A DNA stretch of 64,000 bases from Scenedesmus sp. PABB004. Taxonomy: Eukaryota. The notes beneath the pieces are model-generated. The model was not told where the DNA came from. It did no database searches and worked only from the letters and a program-made list of their open reading frames with translations. A program made the translations under genes and the position numbers. The DNA lies in the NCBI GenBank assembly GCA_014905635.1, contig JABVCE010000009.1, positions 1,054,001 to 1,118,000 on the forward strand, in the 5' to 3' direction. Position 1 is the first letter of the stretch, and the number at the start of each line of letters is the position of its first letter. This document shows positions 47,528 to 59,133 of the stretch, one piece after another.

Positions 47528-48199
47528 GCGCGGCGGCGTGTGTTGAATGGTCTGCCCTGGCCTGGCGGCGTGCGCGCAGCGCGGCCGACTGCAGAGCGCG
47601 CGGCGGCGGGGCGCGGTGCGGTGGCGCGCCGCCGCTGGGGCCGCTCCACCCGTGGAGATCTGCCGCACGGCGGCTGCGCGGCGAAGCTGGCACGCGCCTC
47701 GCGACGCGCCGGCGCGCTGCTGCTGAACCTGCCGCCGGGCCCCTGTTACTCCCTGCCGCGCGCCTGGCCGCCCCCACGCTCAGATCGCACCTCCCGCCCC
47801 ACCCCCGCCCACGCCTACGCTCATGCACCGCCCACGCGCAGCCGGCAGCGCCGCCGCGCGCCGCGCCTCGCCCGCCGTGGCAGGCAGGCGCGCCGCGCGC
47901 GGGCGCGGCCGCGCCCCCGGGGCCGCCCCCGCCTGCCCAGGGGGCGGGCGAGCGGCCGCGCGCCCCCGCCGCCGCGCGCGGCCCGCGGCAGCAGCAGCAC
48001 GCCGCGCCGCCGCCGCCGCTGCTGTGGCCGCTGAGTGCGTGTCGCCGTCGCCGTCGTGGCGGACGCGCCGCCCTTGCCCGAGCAGCGCCGGCATCTGCCG
48101 CTGCATCGTGCACGCGGGCAAAGCGCGCGCCGCGCCGTGCGCCGCGCTGCGCAGCCCTCGCGCGCGCGCTCGCATCACCGCCTTGCCGCAGCCGCACCG

Positions 48200-51100
48200 C
48201 TGTGCGCGGGGCTGCCGCGGTGCAGCGGGAAGAAGAGCACCTGCCTCTTTGCCCCGCTCCACCGCGGCGGCGCCGCGCCCGGCACGGCCCTGCGCAGGGC
48301 ATGCAGTCGCACCGCGCGCCACAGGGTGAGCTTCAAGCCGCGCCGTCGGCACACGTCGCCTGCGGGCCTGCAGCTCACCCTGCGGAGTGTTGTGCCTGCA
48401 GCCGCGCGCGCGGGCCGCGCCGGCGGCGCGGCGGCCGGCCATCTGACCAGACCGACGCGCGCGCGCGCGCGCGCGCGCGCGCGCCCCAGCTCGCGCAGCA
48501 CCGCGGCGCGGGGCGGGATGGGGGGCGCGCGCGCGCGGCTCGCACGCGCCGCGTCCCGCGCGCCCCGCCCACACCCCCGCCCCGCCCCCGCCCACGACCA
48601 ACCCTTTGCGCAGCGCCGTGAGCGTGAGCGCGGGCGCGGTGAAGCCGCCCCCGCTGCCCAGGTGTATGTAGCTCGGACCCTGCGCACGGGGCCTTCCTAC
48701 CGCACCTGGCGAGCGGCGGCGGCTTCGCGGCGCGCGCGCTCGCGCTGGCGGTGCTTGCGCCTGGAGACTCCGCCTCCAAGCTTACCACCGCCGCTGCATC
48801 GCGCACTCGGGCAAAGGTGCGGCGCGCCGCGCCCCGCCGCTGCCGCCCCAGCCCCAGCCGCCGCCGCAAAGCGCGGCCGCGAAGCGCGCGCCCCACCTTG
48901 TGCTTGTTGACAGGCGTCAACAAGTGCAAGGTGGGGCGTGGCAGCAGCGGCGCAGGGGCGGGGCGGGGGGGGGGGGGGGCAGGGCGCGGCGGCCGGCCAT
49001 CTGACCAGACCGGGGCGGGGCACGCGCGCCCGCCTGGGATCACGCTGGGATCACGCTGTTGGGGTCACGCTGCTCCTCCTCAGGGGACAGCGTGCGCGGC
49101 TGGCCCCGGGGGTGTCATCAGACGCTGTCGCCCGGTCGTCGTGACCGCGTCGGACATTCCCAGGGCCAGCTGCGTCCGCTGCTCACGGTGCTGACCTCGG
49201 CGTGTGCTCACGACGTTGCGCACGCAGCCCGGGGCGGCACCACCGACTTGGCAGCCGCGCGCGTGCTGCGCGCGTGCTGCGTGCTGTGCGCGTGCTGGGT
49301 GCTGCGCGTGTGCATGCTGCGTGCTGCGTGCTGCGCCGCAGAAGCTGCAGCCACGCCGAACTGGAGGCCCGCCACCTCGCTCTTGGGCTGTATGCGCAGC
49401 ATGAGTTGCGCGTGGAGCTGAAGAGCGAGGTGGCTGGCCTCCCGCTCGGCGCTGGCGGCCGGCTGCAGCCGCGATGATGCGTTGTAGCTCCCCGAGCAAA
49501 GGCAGCAACACCGCCATCATCGTGCGCGAGCGCCCGGGCGGCATCGACGTGGCGTCGCCGGGGGTGCCTCGCGTGCCGCTCGCGGCGGGCACCCGCTGGC
49601 GCTCGCGCACCGTCCGGCCGCCCACCCGCTGCGGGTGGCGGCGCCCACGTCCGTCACTCTCGGCAAGGTCGAAGCTGGGTTGGCCGGCATCAGCTACGCG
49701 CCGCGCGCCGGCCAGCCCAGCTTCAACCTGGCCGGGTGGCATGACGGCTGTCCACGTAGAGCGCGGCGGTGGCGCCCACGGACCGGTCACGGGCGTCAGG
49801 TCAAAGCTGACCGGCCCGCGGTGCGCCGCGGTCGCGCGCGGCGGTCGCGCGCCCGCGCGCCCGCCCCGCCGTCCTCGCGCGCCCGCGCGCGCCGATCGAG
49901 CGCGGCGGCACGCCCCTGGCGTGCATCGCCCACTCGGGCAAGGTGCGCGGCGGCCGCGCGGGCGGGCGGGACGCGCGCGCGCCGCGCACTCGCGCGCTCG
50001 CTGTGCCGCGCGCGCCGCCGCGCACTCGCACGCGCCCCGCCCCGCCCCGCCCCGCGCCCCGGCCCCCCGTGCCGCAGCTGCGCCCCGCCGGCCACCGTGC
50101 CACCACTGTGAGGGCCGCGATGGGCTGGAGGCTGCTGAGCTGGGCGCGCAAACACACTACACACACACCGCCATCCTCGTGCGGCTGTTTGCGGTGGCGC
50201 TCGCACCTGCTGAGCTCAGCTGAGCTCAGCTGAGCTCAGCCGCACGGAGTCACGCCCCCGACGCAGTCGAGCCACGCCGGGCTAGAGCACGGTCCTCGTG
50301 AGCTTGAGCCCGGGGCCGAGCTTGAGCCCGGCGTGGCTGGTCGGCGGCGGGGACGCAGCCGCGGCGACGCGCCGCACGGCCCTCCTCCCCTCCCCGCCGC
50401 CCTCGGGGGCCGGGCGCTGGGCGGCGTCGCCGCCGAGCCGCTGAGCGAGGTGAAGAGCAGGGCACCGGGGGCGGTGGCTGCTGTTCACCTGTCTCAGCGG
50501 CTTGGTGGTGGTGGCGACTTGGCTCAGCCCGTGCGGCGGCACCGCCGCGCCGCAGCGCACGGTGGAGAGCCTGGCGGCGGGCGGGGACAGCGCCTTGACC
50601 AAGAAGCGTTCCTGGTGACGGCCCCGATCACGCGCGGCGCCAGGCTGCTCAGCGCCGCGGCGCTGGTGCGCGTGCTGCACACAACGTCGCCAGCGCCCAG
50701 GACTCCTCGTGAGCGTGCTCGCGGCGTCGGCGGCGTGGCAGGAGCGCGAGGAGGTGCGGGCGCGCGCGGCGCGTGCGCTGGGAGCGCCGGCCGGCGCCGC
50801 GCGCGCGCGCCCACGGGCCTGCGCCCGCCGCCCGCGGGCCCACCGCCCGCGCCGATCGCGCCGATCGCGCCCGCGCGCCCGCGCGCGCGCGGCGCGCGCC
50901 CACCGTTGCCGGCCGCGCGGCCAAGCATAGCCGCTGGCTGGCGGCGTGTGCCGCGAGGTCCACGTCGTAGGCTGGGGTGTTGACGACGTGGGCCTGCGCC
51001 CCGAGCCTACGACGTGGGCCTGGCCGCGCACGCCGCCAGCGGCGCGCCCACCGCGGCCAGCTCGACCTCGCGCGGCCCGCGCCCCTCGCGCCTGCAGACC

Positions 51101-52912
51101 CTTTCAACGCGGCCGCCGGCGCGCGCGCGCCTGCGTCGTTGCCCGCGCCGGCGGGCTGGAAAGGTCGGTGGCCCAACGCCGCCGACCTTCCCCAGCCCGC
51201 CGGCGCCTCCCTCGCTCAGCGACAAGGCGAGCCTGCCCTTCGCCAACGTCGCGTGCCCGGCCATTGCCACGGCCAACAGCGCGGGTGCGGCGCGGAGAGC
51301 GGCGCGCGCGGGCGCGCCGCGGGCCGCGCGCAGTGCGCGCCGCTGCACCCGCGGGCGGCGCGCTCACCCTGCCCCACCCCGCCCCCACCCCTCCACCCCC
51401 TGGTCGAGGCCGCCATGCACGACCGGACGGGCTGCGGCGGCACCCCGAGCTCACGCGCCTCATGCGCAGCTGCACCTGCGCCGCGGGGACGCGCAGCACG
51501 GCGCGATCGTCGGCGCCGGTGTAGTCGGTCGCCAGGCGCTGCAGGACGAGCTCGTAGGTCTTGTCCTTGATTCCACCCAGCGCGAGCGTGGTGGCGCCAG
51601 GATAACACCTACGAGCTCGTCCTGGAGCGCCTGGCGACGTCCTGCATCGGCGACGACCGCGCCGTGCTGCGCGTCCCAGGGCGGCTCTTCCCGGGGTCTC
51701 GAGCAGGCCGAGCTCGACGAGAGCCGTTGCACGATGCTCTCGTCAAGCTCGGCCTGCCCGCGACGCTGCACCAGAGGTTCGTGCGCGCGCTGCATGCTGC
51801 GCCCGCGCGTGTGCGAGCGTGCGTGCGCGTGCTGCGTGTTGCGGGAGCGCGCGCGCGCCCACCCCCGTGCGCCCCCCTCCCCCTCCCGCCCGCGTCCCCC
51901 GCGTCCCTCGCGCCCGCAGACCCCTTCAACGCGGCCGCCGGCACCCCTGGGCGGCGCGCTCACCCTCGCCCACCCCCCCCCCCCCCCCCCCCCCCCCGCC
52001 CATGGCCAAGGCGTGCGTGAGGCGCGTCCGCGTGTCGTCGATCGAGATATCTGTGGCTGCCAGGCCCGTCCTGAAGCTGCACCGACATCCCGATCGACGA
52101 CAAGCTGACGCGCCTCATGATCACGCACGCCGTTGCCATGGGCGACGCGCAGCTGCTGTTCACCACCACGCTCGCGCTGGGCGGCCTCAAGGAGAACAGC
52201 TATCGATCACCGTCGGCGCCGTCATAGTCGGTCGTCTTGCGCTGCAGGTGCAGCTCATCGACTGTGACAGCGCCGACGACCGCGCCGTGCTGCGTGTGCC
52301 TGCGGTGCAGGTGCAGCTGCGCCTCACCGTGCACAGCAAGCAGCTCGCGCGCGGGATGGAGAAGTGCGTGGCGCGCGCGCCGCGCGGCGAGACGTTCACG
52401 CGCGCCCACGAGCTGCCTGCGGTGCGCGGCCGCCCGCGCGCCGCGCGGCCGCCGCCTGCTGCTCTGAGCGCAAGCGGCGCGCCGCACACCCCGCCACCTC
52501 CCCCTTCACCCGCCACCGCGCCCACCACCGCCCCCGCCCTCCTGCGCCGCCAGGACGCGCCTGCGCGACCCCCTGCGGGGACGGCTTCCACGCGGGCGGG
52601 CGGGCACACACCAGCGCAAGCGGGGCGGCACGACCGACGTCGAGATCGGCGGCCGCGTGCGCGTGCGCATGCTGCGCCTCAGGTGCGTGCGCGCGCTGCA
52701 TGCCGCGTGTTGCGGGAGCGCGCGCGCGCGTGCTGCGCGCTGCGTGTTGCGGGAGCCCGCGCGCGCCCACCCCAGCCCCCGCCCCCGCCCCCGCCGCCGC
52801 CCCCAAACCCCTAGGCTGACCACCGTGGCGGAGAGCGCGGCGAGGTGCGCGTGTCGTAGTTGATCGACGCGTGCGCGTCCCCCTCCTACGACCCGCGCAC
52901 CACGCCGCTGCT
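48200..52912 (+). ncRNA. Putative multi-hairpin (hpRNA / small-RNA precursor) array built from scrambled gene fragments
   Basis: About 18 imperfect inverted repeats (13-70 bp arms) separated by intron-like GC-rich stretches; arms from ~49340 onward are homologous to exons of 52.9-55.9 kb or to each other; no long sensible ORF. RNA function is inferred. Confidence 0.55.
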
Positions 52913-55902
52913 GCCGCTCGTCAAGGGCCCCAACTGCTTCAACGGCCTCCTGCTCCCGCGCAAGGGCGTGGGCATGGAGCAGCTGCCGGTGCGCACGGCC
53001 CGCGCGCCCGCGCCCGCGCCGGCGCCCCCGCTCCTCGCCGACTGCAGCGCCCAGCCCCCCGAGGGCGGCCGCCGCTCTGATCGGCGCCCCGCCGCGCCGC
53101 CCCGCTGGCTGCGACGCCCTCACCGCGCCCCTCGCCGCGCCCGCCCCGCGCCGCGCCTCTGCGCGCAGGCGCTGCTGCGCCTCTGCTTCGCGAGCGAGAC
53201 GGCGGGCCTCCTGCTCGGCGTGGCGGCCGCCTTCACCCGCGGCCAGCACAGCAACAGCGCGATCCTCGTCCGCGAGCGGCCTGGCGGCTTTGACGTTCTG
53301 CTGGGCGTTGCCGAGGGCGCAGGGCGCGCCGCCGGCCGGCCCCGCGTCGCGCTGATCCACCACGCGGCGGCGCACCAGGTGCAGGGCCGCGAGGCCAGCA
53401 ACGCGCCGCGCGCCGCCCCGCCCGCGTTTGACCTGCCCGAGGCCGAGGCGGAGGACGTGGACGTGGCCACCCGCACCGCGCTCGACGAGTTTGTCGTCGA
53501 CGTGTGCCAGCTGCGGAGGACCAGCGGTGCGCGCGCGCGCGCGCGCCACGCGGGGACGGCATGGGCGGGCTGCCCGAGCGCGCGCGCATGCTCGAGCGTG
53601 CGCGCTCGCCCCGACGCCCGCCCCGCGCCCGCCGCCCGCCGCGCTCCCCTCCCCTCCCACCAGGCCGCAAGCCCGTGCTCAAGCCGGCGGGCCGGTTTGC
53701 CGTCGCGCTCGCCTCCCACCCGTCGCCCTACGCGCTCCGCGTCACCACGGCGCGCTGGCCCGGGCTGGAGACGGCGGCAGTGCTCGGGCCGGCCATGTTT
53801 GCGCAGGCCTGCGTGAGCAGCCAGCTGCTCCGCGCCGTGTCGCGCGCGGGCCTGGTCCCCGGCCCCATGCAGCTGGGCACGCGCGCCGGCCTCGCGGTGC
53901 GCGCGGCGCGGCGCGCGGCGCGCGGCACGCTGCGCCCGCCCGCCCTGCACCACCAGGCCCAGCCGCCGCCCGCCCCCCGCCGCCCGCCTCCCTCCCACTC
54001 CCGCCTGCCCGCCACCCAGGGCGTGAGCGCGATGGTGGAGGACCTGCGGCAGGCGCTGGGCGACGGCCCCGGCCGCGGGCCGGTGCTGCTCGCGTCGACC
54101 ATGGAGGACGTCGGCAAGTACGAGGTGGGGCGCGGCGCGCTGCGCGGCGGCGCTGGGGCGGCGCCGGCACGGCGGCGGCGGCGGCGGCGGCTGCGAGGGC
54201 GGCGGCGGTGGCGGCCTCGTGGCCGCGCGCTGCCCGCGCGCGCCCAACGCGGCGCCGCGCTCACGCGCTCGCACACGCCCGCCCGCCCCGCGCGCCTGCG
54301 CCCACGCCGCTGCAGCGCGCCGTCGTGCGCGCCGCCGGAAACGGCGACGCGTACAAGAGCTGGCTGGCGCACGTGCTGAGCGTGCCGTGGGTGCTGGTCG
54401 TGGAGGACGTCACGGACGTGACGGCGCCCAGCCCGGGCACCACGCACCAGCTCCCCGCCGCGCTCGCGCCCTGGGCCATGGCCGGCGCCGCCAACACGCC
54501 GCTCGACAAGCTCACCGCCGGCCGCCGCTTCCTCATCAAGGGCCTCGTCCCGTGGGGCGCGCGCCTGCTGAGCGTCGCGCTGCTGGTGCACGTGCCCGCC
54601 GTCAAGGGCGCCGCCCCGCCGCACATCCGCAACGAGGGAGGGAGGGCAGTCGTGGCGCGCGCCGCGCTCGCGCCGACCAACCGCGCCGGCCGACCGCGCC
54701 GCGCCGCGCCGCGCCGCGCGCAGGTCGCCGCCGTCGACGGCCACGCGGCGGCGCCCTACGACGTCGACCTGGCCGCGCACATCGCGAGCGGCGCGCCCGC
54801 CGAGGCGGCGCTGCTCGGCCTCGCGCCGCCCGGCGCCGCCGCGGTCGTGCCGCTCGCCGAGGCGCTCAAGGCGGCGGTCGACGCCGAGGCGGCCAGCGAC
54901 GCGGCGGCCGGCGAGGCGCTGCGCGCCGCGACGGCCGCCGAGGCGGCGGGGGGCGCGGCGGCCGCCCAGGCGGTGCGCGAGGCGGCGCGCGCCGCGGCGG
55001 CGGCGGCGGAGGCGGAGCTGGAGGAGCAGCAGGAGCGGCGCCTCGCCGGCCTCGGCCCGGCCCCCTGGGTGGCGCTCGCCCCCGGCGGCGTCCGCGCCTA
55101 CGCGGCGTGCCCGCTGAGCGGCGCGCTGCTGTCGCCGCCCGACACGGTCGGCGGCGTGCACTGCGGCGTGAGGACGGGGTGGGCCGGCCCCGCCCTCGCG
55201 CCCTGCGCCGTGCCCGACTCGGCGCGGTGGCGCGGCGCGTGCGGCGCCTGGCTGGCGCCCGCCGCGGGCGGCGGCGCGGCCGAGGTGCTCATGCCCGTCG
55301 CGTCGCCGTCGCTGCGCCTGCAGCCGCCGGGCGAGCCCGAGCCCGACGGCGCCGCGGCGGCGCGGCTGCGCGCGTTCGCGCCGCGCGCGTCCGCCGCGGC
55401 GCTCGCGGTCGAGCTGCAGCGCACGCGCGGCCGCGGCGGCGAGGGCGCGCTGAGCTTCCGCTTCGCCAAGATCGGCGACGGCGGCGCGAAGCGCCTGAGC
55501 AGGGGTTGGTACGTTGACGCGGCGCGCGGCATGGCGGCCGTCGCAGCCGGCGGCGCGCCCGCCGGCGCGGCCGAGGCGGCGCCCGCGGCCGGCGCGGCCG
55601 GCGCGGCCGGCGCGGGCACGAGCGCGGCCGCGGCCGCGGCGCCGCCGCAGCCCGCGCCGGGCGCGAGCGGCGCGGGCACGAGCGCGGCCGCGGCCGCGGC
55701 CGGCGCGGCCACACCGCCGCCGCCGCCCGTGACGCGGCAGCGCACCAACACGCCCGGCGACAGCGTGGCCACGCGCACCGCGGCGGGCGAGCCGTCGCCG
55801 CGCAGCGCGCACGAGGCCGGCGTCCGCGGCGGCGCCGGCGACGGGCGCGGCGGTGGGCGCGGCGGCGCGGCGCCGCGCGCGCTGTTCCCCGGCCGGCGCT
55901 AG
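52886..55902 (+). CDS. Unknown multi-exon protein, 3' part intact; 5' part apparently converted into hairpins (possibly a pseudogene)
   Basis: Exons ..GMEQLP|ALLRLCFASETAGLLLG..|GRKPVLKP..|GVSAMVEDL..|RAVVRAAG..|VAAVDGH..LFPGRR* with introns ending in CAG; no recognisable domain; start unclear. Confidence 0.55.
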
Positions 55903-57092
55903 GCCGGGCGGCCGAGGGGCCGAGCGAGGCGCCGCGCGGCGCGCGGCGAGGCGCGAGGGAGAGGCGAGGGGACCAGGCTGAGGGCTGAGGGCGCGGTCGG
56001 GCGGGAGCAAGAGCAAGGGCGGGCGGGAGCAAGGGCGGCGGCGGGCCCGCGCGAGGCACGGCGCGGCACGGCGCGCGTGGCGGCCCCGGCGCCTTGGCGT
56101 GCGGAGGCGTGCGAGGGGAGTGCGGCCGGGCGGGCGGGCGGGCGGGCGGGCCGGGGCCAGCTCAGGAGGCTGCGGCGGCGCGCGTGGAGCGCGGGGCGGC
56201 GGCGCGAAGCGCCGCGGGCACGGGCATGGGCAACGGGAGGGCCGGCGATGGCGGCGCGTGCGTTCCGAGGCGAGCTCGGCAATGGCCGCGCGCGATGCGG
56301 CGCCGTGCCCACAGCCCCGTGCCGCCCCGCCTCGCCGCGCGGCGCCGCCCCTGAACCTGCAGGCCCAGCTGGGCCGCGCCCCTGACCGGGCCGGGGCAGC
56401 GGGGAGCCCGGCGGCGGCCGCGGCCGCCCGCGCCTGTGGCGGACGTCGGTGACCCTGCAGCGGGGCCGCGGCGGCCCGCGCCGGCCGGCGCGCCCGCGGC
56501 CGCCCTGCCGGCGTCGCGCTCGCAATGTTCGTCGCGGACCGTGCGCGGCGCGGCGCGGCCGCCCGCGCCCCCAGCCGCGCGGCCGGCCGCGGCTCGGGCA
56601 GGCATGGCGCGGCCCCGACGCCGCCCGCGGGCGCGCTGCCGCGGCGCGCGGCGCGAACGCGACGTCACCGCACGCTGCGCTTACTGGGCGTGCGACGGCG
56701 CGCGGGAGCCGCGCGGGGCGGCGCCGGGCGGCCGCGCGCGGGCGGCGGCGCCGCGGCGCCGTTCGCGGCCGCGCTGTTGAAGGTCCTGGGTTGTCTGGTC
56801 TGCTTGCAGGCCAGCCCGCTACAGCAGCAGCGCCCTCGCGCGCCCACGCGTGCGCGCGTGCGCTGCCTGAGCTGTTTCGGCAAGAGTTTCACTGCAAGAG
56901 CCGGGGGCTCAGAACTCCCGTGGAGTACACACCACCGTGAGCGGAAGGGTGAACAGGAGAAGTTCCCAGCCTGCCGCGTGCCCTATAAAGGCTCCGCGCG
57001 CCACCGGCGCTTGTAACGAAGCACTCTGCCGCACCCAATCAGCGCTCTCGCGATCACAACACCCGCCTTGAGCGAGAGCCTTCCGGCGCGGC

Positions 57093-57170
57093 GCGGGACA
57101 CCGTCCTTAAGGGGCGCGGGACCAATGGGCGCGAGCGTGTGGTGTAACTATCTTTATCTTTATCTTTTAT
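57093..57170 (+). mobile_element. Family B non-LTR retroelement 3' stub with (TATCTT)n tail
   Basis: gggacaccgtccttaaggggcgcgggaccaatgggcgcgagc..tgtaa followed by ctatctttatctttatcttt; same as other B copies; no TSD seen. Confidence 0.8.
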
Positions 57171-57174
57171 CCCC

Positions 57175-57519
57175 AGAGAAGAAGAGAAGAAGGGCAACTG
57201 GGTTCCCCAAGAAGAAGAAGGGCGTTACCAGGGGTGAACAAGCGCCTACGGCGCAAACACGGACCCCCAGAAGAAGGGCGTTACCAGGGGTGAACAAGCG
57301 CCTACGGCGCAAACACGGACCCCCAGAAGAAGGGCGTTACCAGGGGTAAACACGGACCCCCAATGAAAGAAGAAGGGCGTTACCAGGGGTGAACAAGCGC
57401 CTACGGCGCAAACACGGACCCCATCACTTTGGTATAGTCAGTCACTCACGCGCAGCTGCCGCCCATGGCCACGCTCACGCCCAAAAGCGTCACCTGCACA
57501 CACTCACGGACCCCCAATG
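57175..57519 (-). mobile_element. Tandem stack of very short 5'-truncated 3' ends of L1-like family A with (TCT)n tails
   Basis: Repeated ...cccctggtaacgcccttcttct units separated by (catt)gggggtccgtg; matches the 3' end of the long copy. Confidence 0.82.
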
Positions 57520-58187
57520 AGAGAGAAGGGCGTTACCAGGGGTGAACAAGCGCCTACGGCGCAAACACGGACCCCATCACTTTGGTATAGTCAGTCACTC
57601 ACGCGCAGCTGCCGCCCGTGGCCACGCTCACGCCCAAAAGCGTCACCTGCACACACTCAGTGCTGTCTCCGCGCACACACCTTGACCGATCGCTCGCTGC
57701 TGGGCAGTAGCAGTATTTCAGTGTCGGCGGCAGCCGGTGACCGCGGGTCGCGCGTGCCCGCGAGCGCGCAACCCGCGCGCGCGGGAGTGCTGGGAGAATG
57801 CCACCATCCTCATCGCCGAATAACAACCAAGCCACTCCCCGCGACGCGGGGAGTGCACCAAGCCAGAAAGGGCTGGCCCGTCAGGTCGGGCGTACGGGCA
57901 GCGCGGGGCACGTAAGCGGTCGCCGCAAAGTCGGCCAGCGCCTCCCAAAACGCACTCACCGCCGCCCGCCTGACTATGTCTCGGGCCACGTCAAAGGGCA
58001 AGGCACGCTCCCGCACTTGCAGGAAAATCCAGGCCACGCGCCGGCCGCGTTCGCACGCGTGAATTGCAGCGATGCAGACCATGTCCCAGACCATCTGGGA
58101 CAGCTGCTCCCGCGGCTGGCACCCCAGCCAGATGTGCCTGCAGTGCAAGCGCGCGCCGTCCGGCCACCAGTCAAAAGCAACCAGCTG

Positions 58188-58382
58188 GCGCGGCGAGTCG
58201 GTGTGCAGCACTGGAGCAGGCTCGGCGTTATTTGCTTGGTGACCTGCTGCAGGATCAGCTTGCTGTTCACTCTGTGGCAGATTATGTGATGGACATCTGG
58301 AAGATGCGGGACACCGTCCTTAAGGGGCGCGGGACCAATGGGCGCGAGCCTGTGGTGTAACTATCTTTATCTTTATCTTTTT
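58188..58382 (+). mobile_element. Family B (RTEX-like) 5'-truncated insertion, TSD AGCTG
   Basis: Encodes CAALEQARRYLL..IWKMRDTVLKGRGTNGREPVV*, then (TATCTT)n; TSD at 58183-58187 and 58383-58387. Confidence 0.85.
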
Positions 58383-59133
58383 AGCTGCTTCTCGATCTCA
58401 CCCCACACCTCGCCTGCCACCGGGCACCGCCAGAAATGGTGCGCCTCGCTCGGGTGCAGCGCGCCGCCCAGTCCGGACGCCTCCGCTGGCTCCGGCGCCT
58501 CCGGCGGCCCTGGGCAGCAGTAGACACAATAGTCCACCATGCCCGGCCCCGGCTGCATGCGGCTGGCAGTCGGAAAGGCCTGCAGCGTGAGCCGCCATGC
58601 CGCCTCCTTGTACGTGTTGGGCACCTTGAGCTGCCACCAGCGCGCCAGGGCTTGGCACACCGTGGCGTGGCGCGTGCGCATCGCAAGCTCATCACCCCCA
58701 ATGTGCGGCAAACCATCAAACTCAGAAACCGTCAGACAGTGGCGGTGGTGGCGGGCATGCAGCTCCGCGCGCGCCGGCAGCGCCTGCAGCCGCGTGGCCA
58801 GCGCCACCGTGAGCTGCCCCAGCCGTACCCCCGGCCGGCAACCAGGCTGCACCGGCCGACCCACAAGCGGCCAGCCCAGGCCAACCGCAATCGCCGCACG
58901 CGCCGCCGCCAACGCTGCTGGCTGCACCGGCGCCGGGGCGCTCACGGGCTGGCCCGCGCGCGCCGCCGCCGCCAGCCGAGCTCGCGCCGCCGCCACCCAG
59001 GATGGCGGCAGCCTGTCAACCAGCGCACGCACGTCATCGAGTGCACGCTGCCTACCTGCATGGTAACACTGCCGGGAAGCCAGGCATGGCACCCAGACTG
59101 CAGCCAGGTAATTCATGTGTTCCGCCAACCCAA

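Noticed and set aside
48200..52912. MITE or foldback transposon cluster as the explanation of the hairpins
   Set aside because: The arms mostly differ from one hairpin to the next, no TSDs were seen, and many arms match successive exons of the adjacent gene
55903..57092. Possible promoter or element end (TATAAA ~56984, TGTAA ~57012, CCAAT ~57035)
   Set aside because: No associated gene, TIR or LTR could be supported; the motifs are too short to call
57175..57600. CRISPR-like repeat/spacer appearance
   Set aside because: The units are nested truncations of one LINE 3' end, with no unique spacers and no cas genes, in a eukaryotic context
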